A stretch of 64,000 nucleotides of DNA from Octopus bimaculoides (taxonomy: Eukaryota): positions 35,849,122 to 35,913,121 of the forward strand of contig NC_068982.1 of assembly GCF_001194135.2 (NCBI RefSeq), given 5' to 3'. Position numbers and translations under genes: made by a program. Below, one piece after another: positions 26,000 through 37,100 of the stretch; within the stretch, counting starts at the first letter, position 1; every line of letters starts with the position of its first letter. The notes under the pieces were generated by a model. That model ran no database searches, was not told the origin of the DNA, and worked only from the letters and a program-made list of their open reading frames with translations.

Positions 26000-26270
26000 T
26001 TTAGCAGACTCCTTTATATATATAACCTTTATAAATCTGAGTCTTTGTAGAGAAGAAATTTCAAATGTGGAAGCAAGGACTGGAATTTAAGGGCCTTAGA
26101 GTTAATTCAGCAAACACTGAAATCCTTGTAAGCAGGGAAGCAAATTACTGACCCCTCAGGGAAATAGCCCTGCTTGATATACAGAAAAGGTATAGGTAGA
26201 AATTTCATATAGTGTACCCAATGAAAGCTATGGAGATATAAGAGGTGCAGTGGAGTCATAGGACAAAAAG
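26000..26270 (+). mobile_element. RTE RT fragment, decayed
   Basis: KKFQMWKQGLEFKGLRVNSANTEILVS, same family as 12744-14377. Confidence 0.7.
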
Positions 26271-26409
26271 GCAGCAGTCATAAACCACTTACATTCATCT
26301 TTTCTGTTACATGTTTTTCTATTACTTCTTACTATACTGTGTGTTTCTCACCTATTCTGGCATTAAAATCGCCCATCAACATGACTTTGTCATGATATGG
26401 AATTTTACA

Positions 26410-26975
26410 AACAATTGTACAGTAAACTTTAAGAGTACTCTTGATGGTGAAATCAATGTTAGATTATCTAAGGCTACAAGTGTTTTTGGAAAACTTTCCC
26501 ATCATTTGTGGGATGAATACAATGTCAGTCCAAAAACTAAAATAAGTGTATACAAGTCTTGTATTTTAAGTACACTTTTGTATGGGGCAGAAGCATGGAC
26601 TCTCTACTACAGACACATAAAGAAACTTGAAACCTTTCATGTGTGATGTCTGTGCAATATCTGCAACATAAAATAGCAAGATAAATTATCAAATGTCAAA
26701 ATTTTAGTAAAATATATCTCCAGTATCAAAAGCATGCTGCTGAGAATTCAGTGCAGATGGGTAAGATATGCTGTTTGAATGAAAGGTAACCACATTCTGA
26801 ATATTCTTTTGTTTGACCAACAAATAGTAGGATACTGCAGTAAAGGAAAACCCTATCCTTAGGTATAAGGATAAGTCGATGCAATCACTAAAGTCTCTAC
26901 GGCTTAATTTGACATCTTGGGAAAGTCATTGCCTAGATAGATCTGCTTGATGTAAAATGTGTCATTATGCATCAA
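26410..26975 (+). mobile_element. RTE-BovB-like LINE C-terminal fragment
   Basis: LDGEINVRLSKATSVFGKL...KTKISVYKSCILSTLLYGAEAWTLY..HIKKLETFH, then degenerate RW/GKP..RYKD motifs. Confidence 0.85.
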
Positions 26976-27049
26976 AACAATTTTAAGTGAAGGAAGAAAC
27001 AATGAAGAACAATAAAAGAATTATATCCTACAATCAACAGACACATTTA

Positions 27050-27470
27050 CTACTACTAAGGACGAAAGCTGACAAAATTATTAGCATGCTGGACAAAATA
27101 CTTAATGATATTTTGTCTGTCTTTATGTTCAGGGTTCGAATTCTGCAGAAGTCGACTTTACCTTTCATCCTTTTGGTGGGTTATGAAATAAGTACCAGTA
27201 GAGCACTGTAGTCGATGTAAATGACTTACCCTCCCCTGAAATTGCTGGCCTTGTGCCAAAATTTGAAGCCATTACTACTACTGCTGTTGCTACTACTACT
27301 ACTACTACTATTACTACTACTACTAAGGCTGCAAGCTGGAAAAATTGTTAGCATGTTGGACAAAATGCCTAACAGCATTTTGTCTGCCTTTACGTTCTGA
27401 GTTCAAATTCCGCCAAGGTTGACTTTGCCTTTCAACTTTCCTGGTTCGATGAAATAAGTAATAGTTGAAC
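27050..27470 (+). mobile_element. Two tandem tRNA-derived SINEs, family B
   Basis: aaggc...gctgg..aaat.gttagc...gttctgagttcaaattccgcc.aggt.gactttgcctttca heads. More copies at about 29580-30045, 41135-41895, 42545-42735 (-), 47995-48155 (-), 49380-49520, 52055-52685 (-) and 62400-62790. Confidence 0.85.
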
Positions 27471-27479
27471 ATTATTGTT

Positions 27480-28410
27480 TACAAAACCACAGAAACATGA
27501 AGTCAGAATGAGAGAAAGTGACACAACAGCAAGTAGAAAAGTGCCTCAGGGCCATCAAGGAGACCAAAACATACGTTACTAGTGGTGGAAATAGCATAGT
27601 CGTGGTTAGATTTCCAACAGAGGATGAGGTCGGAAAACACTCTACAACAAACCATAAAACGTGACGAAGTGGTCATCATACCAACCTGCTTTTGTTGCCG
27701 GATAGTAACAATAAAGATAGTAGAGATTCCTTCAGAAGTAAATATCTACTTATTGGTGGAAACTGTCCTCTTTGACACAGAACAAAAAATTAATTTTCTT
27801 CAAGTCCAAAAACAGCAGGCCAAGGAATGGAGTTATTCATCCAAATATGTCATGTAAGTATGGCAATTATCTCGGACCTGATTAATCTGACAGATAGCTA
27901 ACAACTTTACATGGCCATTGAGGGCCGAAAGCCAAGGTGTCATTTGGGTGGTGACACAAACAATATCAATGCTTTCTGTCCACAGCAAAATATGAGAGAA
28001 GCAAGGCCCCTCCACCACTACTTCTATAATCACTATCACCACATCGGTTACATCAACAGCAAAAACAGTAGCAGCACCAAGAGCAGTGTACGGAAACAAC
28101 AGCAACAATAACAGTAACTGCAGCACTAAAATCAGCAGTAACAACCGCAGCAACAATAAAGACAACACTAACAGTGAAAGCAACAGCAACAAAAGAAACA
28201 ATGCCCTCCAGGGCCATCATATCACCAACAGCAACACCAGCTGAAAGACCCCGAGCAATAAAAACAAAACAAAAAGACAATGACACCCAGGATAGGCTCC
28301 TCCTCGCTTCCCACTCAGACATGTCGCATGGCGAACATAACAACGAAGAAAGCAAACGGCAAAAAATAGCAAACCAGAAAAAAAGAAAAGGAAAAAATAC
28401 GTAAACAAAA
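27480..28410 (+). mobile_element. Decayed ORF1 of an L1/Tx1-type LINE (RRM-like segment, CCHC knuckle, low-complexity tail)
   Basis: VVVRFPTEDEV...PTCFCCRIVTIKIVEIPSEV. EGRKPR-CHLGGDTNNINAFC at 27938-27979 is CX2CX4HX4C with two single-base changes. Basic C-terminus KRQKIANQKKRKGKNT*. Confidence 0.65.
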
Positions 28411-28639
28411 TAAAACCTGAAAGGGTCATGCAGGCAGAAAGAAAACACCACCTAACAGCAATACACCAACACCATCTCCAATAATAATACCATCATCATC
28501 ACCACAACCACAGATACAACCAGTATCATAAACACCAGCAAAACCCAATATACACCCAAACCAAGAACAACAAATGCAAAGAAGCATGCAGCATACATGT
28601 TCACAGTTTGGCTCTTTACCTTTAAGTACCCACATTTTG

Positions 28640-29040
28640 ATTCATCACGTGATGGTCGAGTTCTTCTGACTTCACACGGGCTGTCCACCCCACCACGAGA
28701 CAGACCAGCCAAATGCGCCACCATCAGCTATATAGAGGGAGTCTTCCGCTATTTTCTTCAGTGAGGTGGGTTTTGCACGATCGGGTTTGGATCTTCTGTT
28801 GAGAAAATGAGTCCATACCGTTGAAGGAGTAAATGAAGATGGTGTGGATATGTGCGAAATTGACAACTAGCTGCTGATATAAAATATTAAATTCTGTATT
28901 CATTTTGTCCTTTAACATATTTTATCATTAAATTACCAATTATATACCTATTTTCTAACATCTGGGTTTATAAAATAAGATCTGGGTTTTTTGGCGGCAA
29001 ATAATCTGGGTGTTTTATTATTTAATGAGTGGCAACCTTG
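28640..29040 (-). mobile_element. Possible hAT-like fragment between LINE ORF1 and ORF2
   Basis: caaggttgcca end at 29040, three ATCTGGG subterminal repeats (28960, 28980, 29004) and a BED-finger-like remnant STVWTHF...DRAK. No second TIR found. Confidence 0.3.
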
Positions 29041-29054
29041 GATATAACCAGCAG

Positions 29055-29400
29055 CGAAGGTCATAACTTCAGACTAGTAACTGTTTATGTCCCAGCAGGT
29101 GCCGAATGGCTAAATTTCTTTAGGCATGTGAAGTGTTTCTGAGAAGTCCCTTGTGCTAATGGAAAGTTGGAACTGTTTCTAAGAAGCATGCTTGGAATGT
29201 ACAGAACTAGGTGATAAAAGAGGAGGTGCAAAGGCTTCACAAACCTACTCAGACTTTTCCAATTGTCTGACAGACACCAACGGGATTTCCCGTTTGTACC
29301 AATGTTGACACAGTCATTGCACCAGGTTATCCACAGTTTCAAATCGTCGGCTACACAAAAACGAGCCAGCTCAGAGCATGATCCAGGAGAAAACACGGTG
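29055..29400 (+). mobile_element. L1/Tx1-type ORF2 AP-endonuclease fragment
   Basis: FRLVTVYVPAG, VLMESWN (GDWN-equivalent), RLFQLSDRHQRDFPFVPMLT and PQFQIVGYT across frameshifts. Confidence 0.7.
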
Positions 29401-29783
29401 ACCGTGGATTTGTGGGATTTAGAAATCTTCCTCTTCTCTGGAACTATTCATAGTTTGGAATATATTGTCTCTTTGTTTCTGTTATTCTTTTTACACGCTC
29501 TTTCGTGTAAACCCACATTATATCCTCCTGTACAATTACTAATGTTCTTGTGAACCTTTAATAGTTAATAAAGAAAACGAGGATTTGTCCAGCGTTAGTA
29601 CACTGGACAAGAGGTTTACCAGCATTTTACCAGTCTCTACTCTGTGTTCAAATTCCGCAGAGGTCGACTTTGCTTTTCATTGTTTCGGGGTTGATGAAAT
29701 AAGTGTCAGATGAGCACTGGGATCGATGTAATCGACTTATCCCTCTCCTTAAAATTGCTGTCCTTGTGCCAAAATTAGAAAGA

Positions 29784-29817
<34 letters not shown>

Positions 29818-30254
29818 GCGCGTCGAAGGAGGCGAGCTGGCAAAATCGTTAACGCGTCGGACAAAATATCAAACGGCAATTCTTCCAGCATTTTACATTA
29901 TGCTTTTAAGTACCATTGAGCTCAACTTTGCTTTTCATCCTTTCTAGGTAGATAAAATAAAATATGAGTCAAGTACTGGGATCGATGTAATCGACTATGC
30001 CCATACCCCTAAAAATTGCTGGGCTCGAGCCAAAATTTGAAGCTATTGTCTTTTTTTTTTAATAAATAAACAATACATTTTATTAATTACTAAATTAGTA
30101 CAACCTGAGGGATTTAGAGATGTTCTTCATCAGTGGAAGTAATACAAATAGTTCTGACTGCAGAATTAATGTGTAGCGTACGACTTGAGGGAAATTCCTC
30201 TCTCTCTCTCTCTCTCTGTTATATATACATAGATACAACGAAGTAGATAACAGC

Positions 30255-30548
30255 ATGGCTCAGTGGTTAGAGCGTCAAGCTTACGATCGAGCGGTTGTGA
30301 GTTCGAATCCCGGACCGGGCTGCGTGTTGTGTTCTTGAGCAAGACACTTTATTTCACGTTGCTCCAGTTCACTCAGCTGTAAAAATGAGTTGCGACGTCA
30401 CAGGTGCCAAGCTGTATCGGCCCCGGAGGCCGGTATGCATAGGCGACTGCTGGTCTTCCATAAACAACCTTGTCCGGACTTGTGCCTCGGAGGGTAACTT
30501 TCTAGGTGCAATCCCACGGTCAGTCATGACCGAAGTGGGGGTCTCAGC
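30255..30548 (+). mobile_element. tRNA-derived CORE-like SINE, family C, with 10-bp TSD
   Basis: A-box tggctcagtgg, B-box gttcgaatcc, then gtgttgtgttcttgagcaagacacttta. TSD agataacagc at 30245-30254 and 30549-30558. Confidence 0.9.
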
Positions 30549-30689
30549 AGATAACAGCTAGCCTTCGGCCGCCTTTTTGGACCCTGTTGTGTCCACTACT
30601 CTTATTGGTTGGTATTGGTGCATCAAATGTTAAGCCACGGAGAAAGATGTCTAATGTTTCGATCAAAACTCGTTAGGGAAAGATTCTGG

Positions 30690-31135
30690 TTCAGGTGTTG
30701 GGGGGAATGCTCTGTTGCAGTGCGTTGCTGCATTCACTACTTGTCGGTATATTACCGGATCTTCCTAGGTGACCCGTCGAACAGAATCTCAGTCAGTCCC
30801 CATCTCCGAGAAATACCTCCTCATCTGCCGTCACTATGTGGCATATGGTCGACCAACACGAGCCGTCAACCCAACTGGATTACCCTCAGTGAAGAGAACA
30901 CAGTTATTAGGGTTTAAGTCGGAAAATCGAGTAACATGGCCAAACAGTCTGAGCTGGCGCTCCCAATCATACAAGTAACATGACTTATCCCGGTTTGTTA
31001 ATTGAATCGTTGGTTAGATACGAAATCCTGCCATAATCCTGCAAAGTGTACTCGCTCAAAAGGTGCTCAAATGGCTCCCAAGGACCCTGGGCAGTGTCCA
31101 AGTCTCACATATATCTAACAGGACAAGGAGAACCA
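30690..31135 (-). mobile_element. RTE 3' fragment, decayed
   Basis: Minus strand reads RQLRLFGHVTRFSDLNP...GRPYAT...RYFSEMG...VVNAATHC. Confidence 0.75.
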
Positions 31136-31723
31136 GAAACCTAAAGACTCGGGGTTGATGAAATAAGTGTTAGATGTCGACAGCGCTAAACACTCTTGAC
31201 CTATGAGTCTACAACTGTACCATCTCGTCCAAGTCTTTTTAGGACTTCAGATTCGTAGCTAATGACAAACGTGTAGGTATTTTCAAGAGAAAGAAAAATA
31301 AAGAAAACATTCTCTTTACTTTATTATTTATTATCGTTTNNNNNNNNNNNNNNNNNNNNNNNNNNNNNNNNNNNNNNNNNNNNNNNNNNNNNNNNNNNNN
31401 NNNNNNNNNNNNNNNNNNNNNNNNNNNNNNNNNNNNNNNNNNNNNNNNNNNNNNNNNNNNNNNNNNNNNNNNNNNNNNNNNNNNNNNNNNNNNNNNNNNN
31501 NNNNNNNNNNNNNNNNNNNNNNNNNNNNNNNNNNNNNNNNNNNNNNNNNNNNNNNNNNNNNNNNNNNNNNNNNNNNNNNNNNNNNNNNNNNNNNNNNNNN
31601 NNNNNNNNNNNNNNNNNNNNNNNNNNNNNNNNNNNNNNNNNNNNNNNNNNNNNNNNNNNNNNNNNNNNNNNNNNNNNNNNNNNNNNNNNNNNNNNNNNNN
31701 NNNNNNNNNNNNNNNNNNNNNNN

Positions 31724-31759
<36 letters not shown>

Positions 31760-32013
31760 GATGGGCTTCTACACAGTTTCTATCAACCAAATCTACTCAC
31801 AAGGCATTGGTCATCCTGGGGCTATAATAGAAGATACTTGTGCAAGGCGTCACACAGTGAGATTGAAACCCGAAACCACGTGGTTGCAAAGTGAACTTCT
31901 TAACCACACAACTGTGCCTGCAAATTGTTTACCAAAGTAACTTATGGAGAAATAGGAAAAACAAATGATGATCCTTGTTCAACCTGTCACTTTCACTTGG
32001 AAGCTAGTATCAG

Positions 32014-32029
32014 TTTGGCGGGCGCGGGA
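32014..32029. promoter_or_regulatory. GC-rich E2F/GC-box-like motif, candidate RCE1 promoter
   Basis: tttggcgggcgcggga in otherwise AT-rich DNA, about 1.3 kb upstream of the RCE1 ATG. Confidence 0.3.
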
Positions 32030-33307
32030 GTTATTTTTCCTTTCTTTTTTTTTTTCTTTTCCGAAGTTAGAACCAGCTTATCATCGAAGATATTTTTAGT
32101 GTAATGAAAAATATTTTGTATTGTTGTTAAATATTCTCGTATATGAACTCATAAAATATTACCAATTGAATAATTCGCATTATTTTAACTGTCAAAGAGT
32201 TGAAGTAACGCTTTCAAATTTTCGCACGAAAACAGCAACTTGACAGGGAGGGGTTTAGTGGTTTACATCGACTTCGGTACCTGACTTATACTTTATTTTA
32301 TCGACTCCGAAAGAATGAAAGTAAAGCTGACTGAGCTCGCTGGAATTGAGTTAAAATAACGTCGTGTCTGCAGTCGCTTAACTCTCTAAAAATCGTAGCA
32401 AAATCAATTATAATAATTACACCCTCTCGTCTTGGTGAACTACGACAAAAAAAAATGCACAAAGAAATTAGTAATAACAAAGTCTTAATTGTCGGTATGA
32501 ATAATAACAAAAAAGTCTGAAATGTCTATATGACAATCAAGTTGCCTGCAGCATAGCATAAAATAATTCTTCCACAGACGTCAGAAAATTGATATTAGCT
32601 AAAAGTTTGACAAAGTGAAAGTGACACATGAAACACGAAGATCATCAAAATAATTAATTGCCCTTTGAGGCATCCATACATGGAAGACAAGCCCATTTAA
32701 AATAATAGAAATCTGTAAAGTAGTTTGGATTTTTTTTCTTCACTTAAAAAAAAAAAATTTCTGAAAGTTGTGTTTCTTGTTTTATGTTATCATTGATAAA
32801 TAGTAAGCAATTTATACAGTTTTAATAAATAATAATTATAAACTTATTTCGAAGCGATTTATAACGGTAAAGTTGTTTTGTTTGTATTCAGAAGAAACGT
32901 GTATAGCCACATCACCATTCTCTTAATTTGTGGCTATAAACAGGTTTTAAAATATGATGGTGTTCTATTTAAAGGAAATATCCCATAACTTGATATATTT
33001 TAATATGCTTTTGAAAAATAATAATGCAATTAACTTAAAATTAAAAGAGAAATGCAATAAAACAAGTTATCAAGACTTATCAGAAATGAGATTGTGCTGT
33101 CGTAAAAAGTCAACAAAACTGCAGATGATGTGAATATAAGATATACTATTGAATTTATATATGTGTGTGTATGTACATATACTATCTTACTTAGATGCAT
33201 ATATTTCCACGTTAACTCAAATATTTATTTAATTTGTTTTTATATGTTAAATTTATTTGCTGTCGTCTACCGGTGTTGCGGTAGTTATCTCCTCCTATGC
33301 CAGAAAC

Positions 33308-34180
33308 ATGGAGCCCGTCTTGTTTGCTCTACACGCCTGGCAAGCTGTTTTACTTTGCTTGCTTTTTGCTGTTATTTATGTTGGCAGTCTGTATGCTTGG
33401 ATTAACAATACCAACAGAACTCGAGATCACCCTGAAATTATCAAACGAAGATTTGTCAGTGTCGGTATAGTTGCATTAATTGTACCACCTCTTTTGTGGT
33501 GCTTCAGCAAGTACCAAACTTCCACCAATCCTGATGGCCGCACTTTATTTGAATGGCTAGGGCTACGTTTCTGGGGATTTATACCTGCATTTGTACTCCC
33601 CCTACTACTTACTATGGTCTTGTTCTCTGGTCCACTTTATTTACATTACATTGATGGTGTATTTAGCTTGTATTTGGAACCGAAATATTGGTCAAGTAGT
33701 TTTAAGTCACTAATCTGGCTCCGGAATCATTTAGTGGCTCCATTTTCGGAAGAATTCATATTCCGGGCATGTATGTTACCGGTTTTGGTTCCGTCTTTTG
33801 GGGAATGGTATGCCGTTTTCTGTTGTCCACTCTTCTTCGGGGTCGCTCACTTTCACCACATGATCGAAACGGTTATATTCGGACACCAAGCAGTTAAAGA
33901 TGCCTTGAAGCAGTCTATTTTCCAGTTGTTCTATACCACTATTTTTGGAGCCTACTCAGCATTCCTCTTTCTACGAACTGGTCATTTAGTGGCGCCGGTC
34001 ATTGCACACGCATTTTGCAACCACATGGGATTTCCGCCTTTCAACGAAGTAATGGCTCATCAACAACCTGGACGAACCAAAATCATTTTCTTCTTTATTG
34101 CTGGACTTTCTGCTTGGTTGATTCTTCTTTATCCTCTCACCGACCCAAGTTTTTATTCCAACGTAGTATATAATCTATAA
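33308..34180 (+). CDS. RCE1: CAAX prenyl protease 2 (RCE1, CPBP/Abi family), uninterrupted CDS, 290 aa
   Basis: First ATG (aaacATGG) of ORF 33257..34180. Motifs RDHPEIIKRRF, WLRNHLVAPFSEEFIFRACM, PLFFGVAHFHH, TTIFGAYSAFLFLRTGHL and HAFCNHMGFP; catalytic EExxxR, FxxxH and HxxxN intact. Confidence 0.96.
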   Translation: MEPVLFALHAWQAVLLCLLFAVIYVGSLYAWINNTNRTRDHPEIIKRRFVSVGIVALIVPPLLWCFSKYQTSTNPDGRTLFEWLGLRFWGFIPAFVLPLLLTMVLFSGPLYLHYIDGVFSLYLEPKYWSSSFKSLIWLRNHLVAPFSEEFIFRACMLPVLVPSFGEWYAVFCCPLFFGVAHFHHMIETVIFGHQAVKDALKQSIFQLFYTTIFGAYSAFLFLRTGHLVAPVIAHAFCNHMGFPPFNEVMAHQQPGRTKIIFFFIAGLSAWLILLYPLTDPSFYSNVVYNL

Positions 34181-37100
34181 AACAGTTCAAATCTTGGCGA
34201 AAGTACTGAATTACTACTATATTCACACACACACAATTGCATTCATAAAGAGACAGAAATATCCTAAATCATGAATTGCCTTAAAATGTAATTATGAAAG
34301 AAAAATATTTTTATTACATTTTTTTTATATTTTCCCCCTTCCCTCCATCCCAAATTCATACAGACCTTTATGGAATTAAGTCGACTTTTAACATAATGGA
34401 TTTCGACTTAAAACAAAGGTATTGACCATTTTCAAATTTCTGGTTAGTAATTTCTCTACTGCTACATTCAATCACATTACATGAACTCTACCATTACATC
34501 TTTTTCTCTTAATCATTTTTTTCTCATTCCTTTTTCAACTGCTAAACAAAATTCAAATTTCTTAAATCTATCTGTTCGTCGTTCGAAGTTCTCTTTCAAA
34601 TTTTTCGTTGATTCAATGACCTGTTATTCTTTAATGTGACACGAAGGCGGTACAGAACCAGTTCACTGCTGTTTGGGAGGCATACCTGTCACTATTAAAA
34701 TTGGTTTTCTCCTCGAAATCTTGCCTGTCTCTATTGAAGGACAAACAAAAAAACAAGACAGTAAAAGTTCATATTTTCTCTTTCACCATTTGTAACTTGA
34801 GCTTTTAATTTTCTTTTTTTTTTTCTTTTGTTTATTCTGTGATCGTCATTATGACTAAGATTTGTAAATATTAGAATCGACGCCTTCTATTTTATTTATT
34901 TTATTTTTACCCTCTTGAAAAGTTCTTTGGGAAAGAGAGAGAAAAGAAAAAAAAGAACAAATGAAATTCTTGTATTTAGTTGGAATTTTAGAATCAACGA
35001 AACTGTCTAACTTGGGATTTTCATCTACAGAACTTAAAAAAGTTGTTTTCTTTTAAAAAAAAAATCCAACAAAACTTTCATGACTAGTGCCTTAACTATA
35101 CGAAAATTGATTCGTGTTTGACTGGAAAGAAGTTCGGTTACGATAACTGATCCATATTAAATGGAAGAGCTGATGTTAGTTACTCTTGAACTGATCTTTA
35201 ACATGTAGACCGACCAATCCCTTTAAATATATTCTTTATATTTCCTGTGAAATATAAATTATTAATATCAAATAAATGGCAAAAAAAATGACGAAATCCC
35301 TTTACTTGGCTTAATAAATTATTCAAAGTGACATTTCGATTTTTATTTGAATTTATATATTATTTTTTTCTAAATCCTTTATGAAACCGCCCCAACATTG
35401 TTCTATCATTTAGCTTAAAAAGTAGCGAACAGGAAATAACTTGATATTGTCATAATCAAAAAAAAAAAAAAAAAAAGACATGAAAGTGACATGCTCTCAT
35501 TTCGTGGACGTGTATGAAATCAATAGTCAGATTTTCTAGAGGTGTGTTAATATGAAAAGAATGAGTTACAATCGTGAAAAATCGTATAGTGAAGTATGGT
35601 TGGAGTGCTACGAAAACTATGTTTTATTATTTAGGTTGGACCTGTTGTGAGAGATGACCAATTACATTCGAGCCTCTACGCGGTATTCTACCTTCTAGAA
35701 ATAGCAGCCAAATTTAAGATACAATCAATTGTCTAAAGAAAAGGGAAGAAAACGTATAATGTAGTCTTAGATACACTATCTGAAAATACAATGGAATGGT
35801 CACGGTTGAAATTCCTCCCATTATATTCTGTTCTATCAGTGCTGTCTTATAATTAATGATCATCCAACATTAGTTTGATAAGAGTTGCACTTGTTCCTTC
35901 GTAATTTACTACAACGTTTAATAGGATTTTCTTTTTAACATTAAATGTGTTGCAAACATTCATGATATATTAAGTAAAGTAACCTATTTCGCATGCTTAT
36001 TTGAGTGGATAGTTTTTGTTGGAACAAATAATTTCATATCTGGATGCTCTTCCGAAAGTTAACCACTCAAATAGAAAGTATGGATGAATTCTGTTTTTTT
36101 GTTTTTTTTTTGTTAGATGAACTGGAACCTGCTGGGTGACGATTCAATGATCTGGAGGTCAATAGTTCTACTTTCCTAGACATGAGCAAATTAGGTTCAA
36201 CTAGTTAACTCGTTGAACCTACAAAATATTACACCTTGATAAACTAGTTAAATATATTTCATGATTGTTTTTGATGACCCATGCTAATTATTGCCAACTG
36301 CAAAAATAACTTAGGGTGCTTAAGTTATTGGGGTATGTTAAATTTTCCTTTGACAGTCATTATATTCTTTAGAACTGAATGTTTTATCATTAGAAAGGTT
36401 TACATTGATGAAAATCAAAACCTAAAATCTAAATTGTTGGTTCTTTTGTGACTATATCACTGTATCGATCAGACGAGCAGATATACACTGCTTGTCACAA
36501 TGCACTGCTCGTTATCATCAAATGATGCCACTCTGCTGGCTAGTTAGGCCAACATTACTCTCAGAATGGAATGTCAATCTTTCACAGGGTTACCTATTTA
36601 CAGCTGAGTGGGCTGGAACTACATGAAATAAAGTGCACTACTGGTCTGGGAATCGAACCCATGATCTTGTAACACTCTAACCACTAGATCACACAACTTC
36701 ACTTTGTATGACTATATATCAAATGAAATTCATTGCTTCTATGATTTAATTTTGAAAATCAAGAATTTTTAAGGATTTGGGATTTAATGAAATAGTTTAC
36801 TTTTTCATCAAGTTTGAAACAAATGTTTATGCAAAATTATAAATGAAAGATCTTATTTTAAATATGAATAATTCACAATAAGTTTTATATCACCGAACAG
36901 AGATAGTTTCAGGCAAATTGGTATCTAAGGATAACCTATTTCTAGCCTACACATTAAAAGAATCATGTTAAAATTAGTATAAAGATATTAGTTGTGGAAA
37001 CATTAGATGAAGTGTTTAGTGGTATATGTGGTGGCTCCTGACGTTCTAAGTTCAAGTCATATTTGCCTTTTCTCCTTCTGGGGTCAGTAAAATTTAGTAT

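Noticed and set aside
28633-28918. Minus frame open except for one TGA (…LPLYS*WWRIW…), considered as selenocysteine readthrough
   Set aside because: No resemblance to a known selenoprotein, no SECIS seen, and it lies inside a decayed TE nest.
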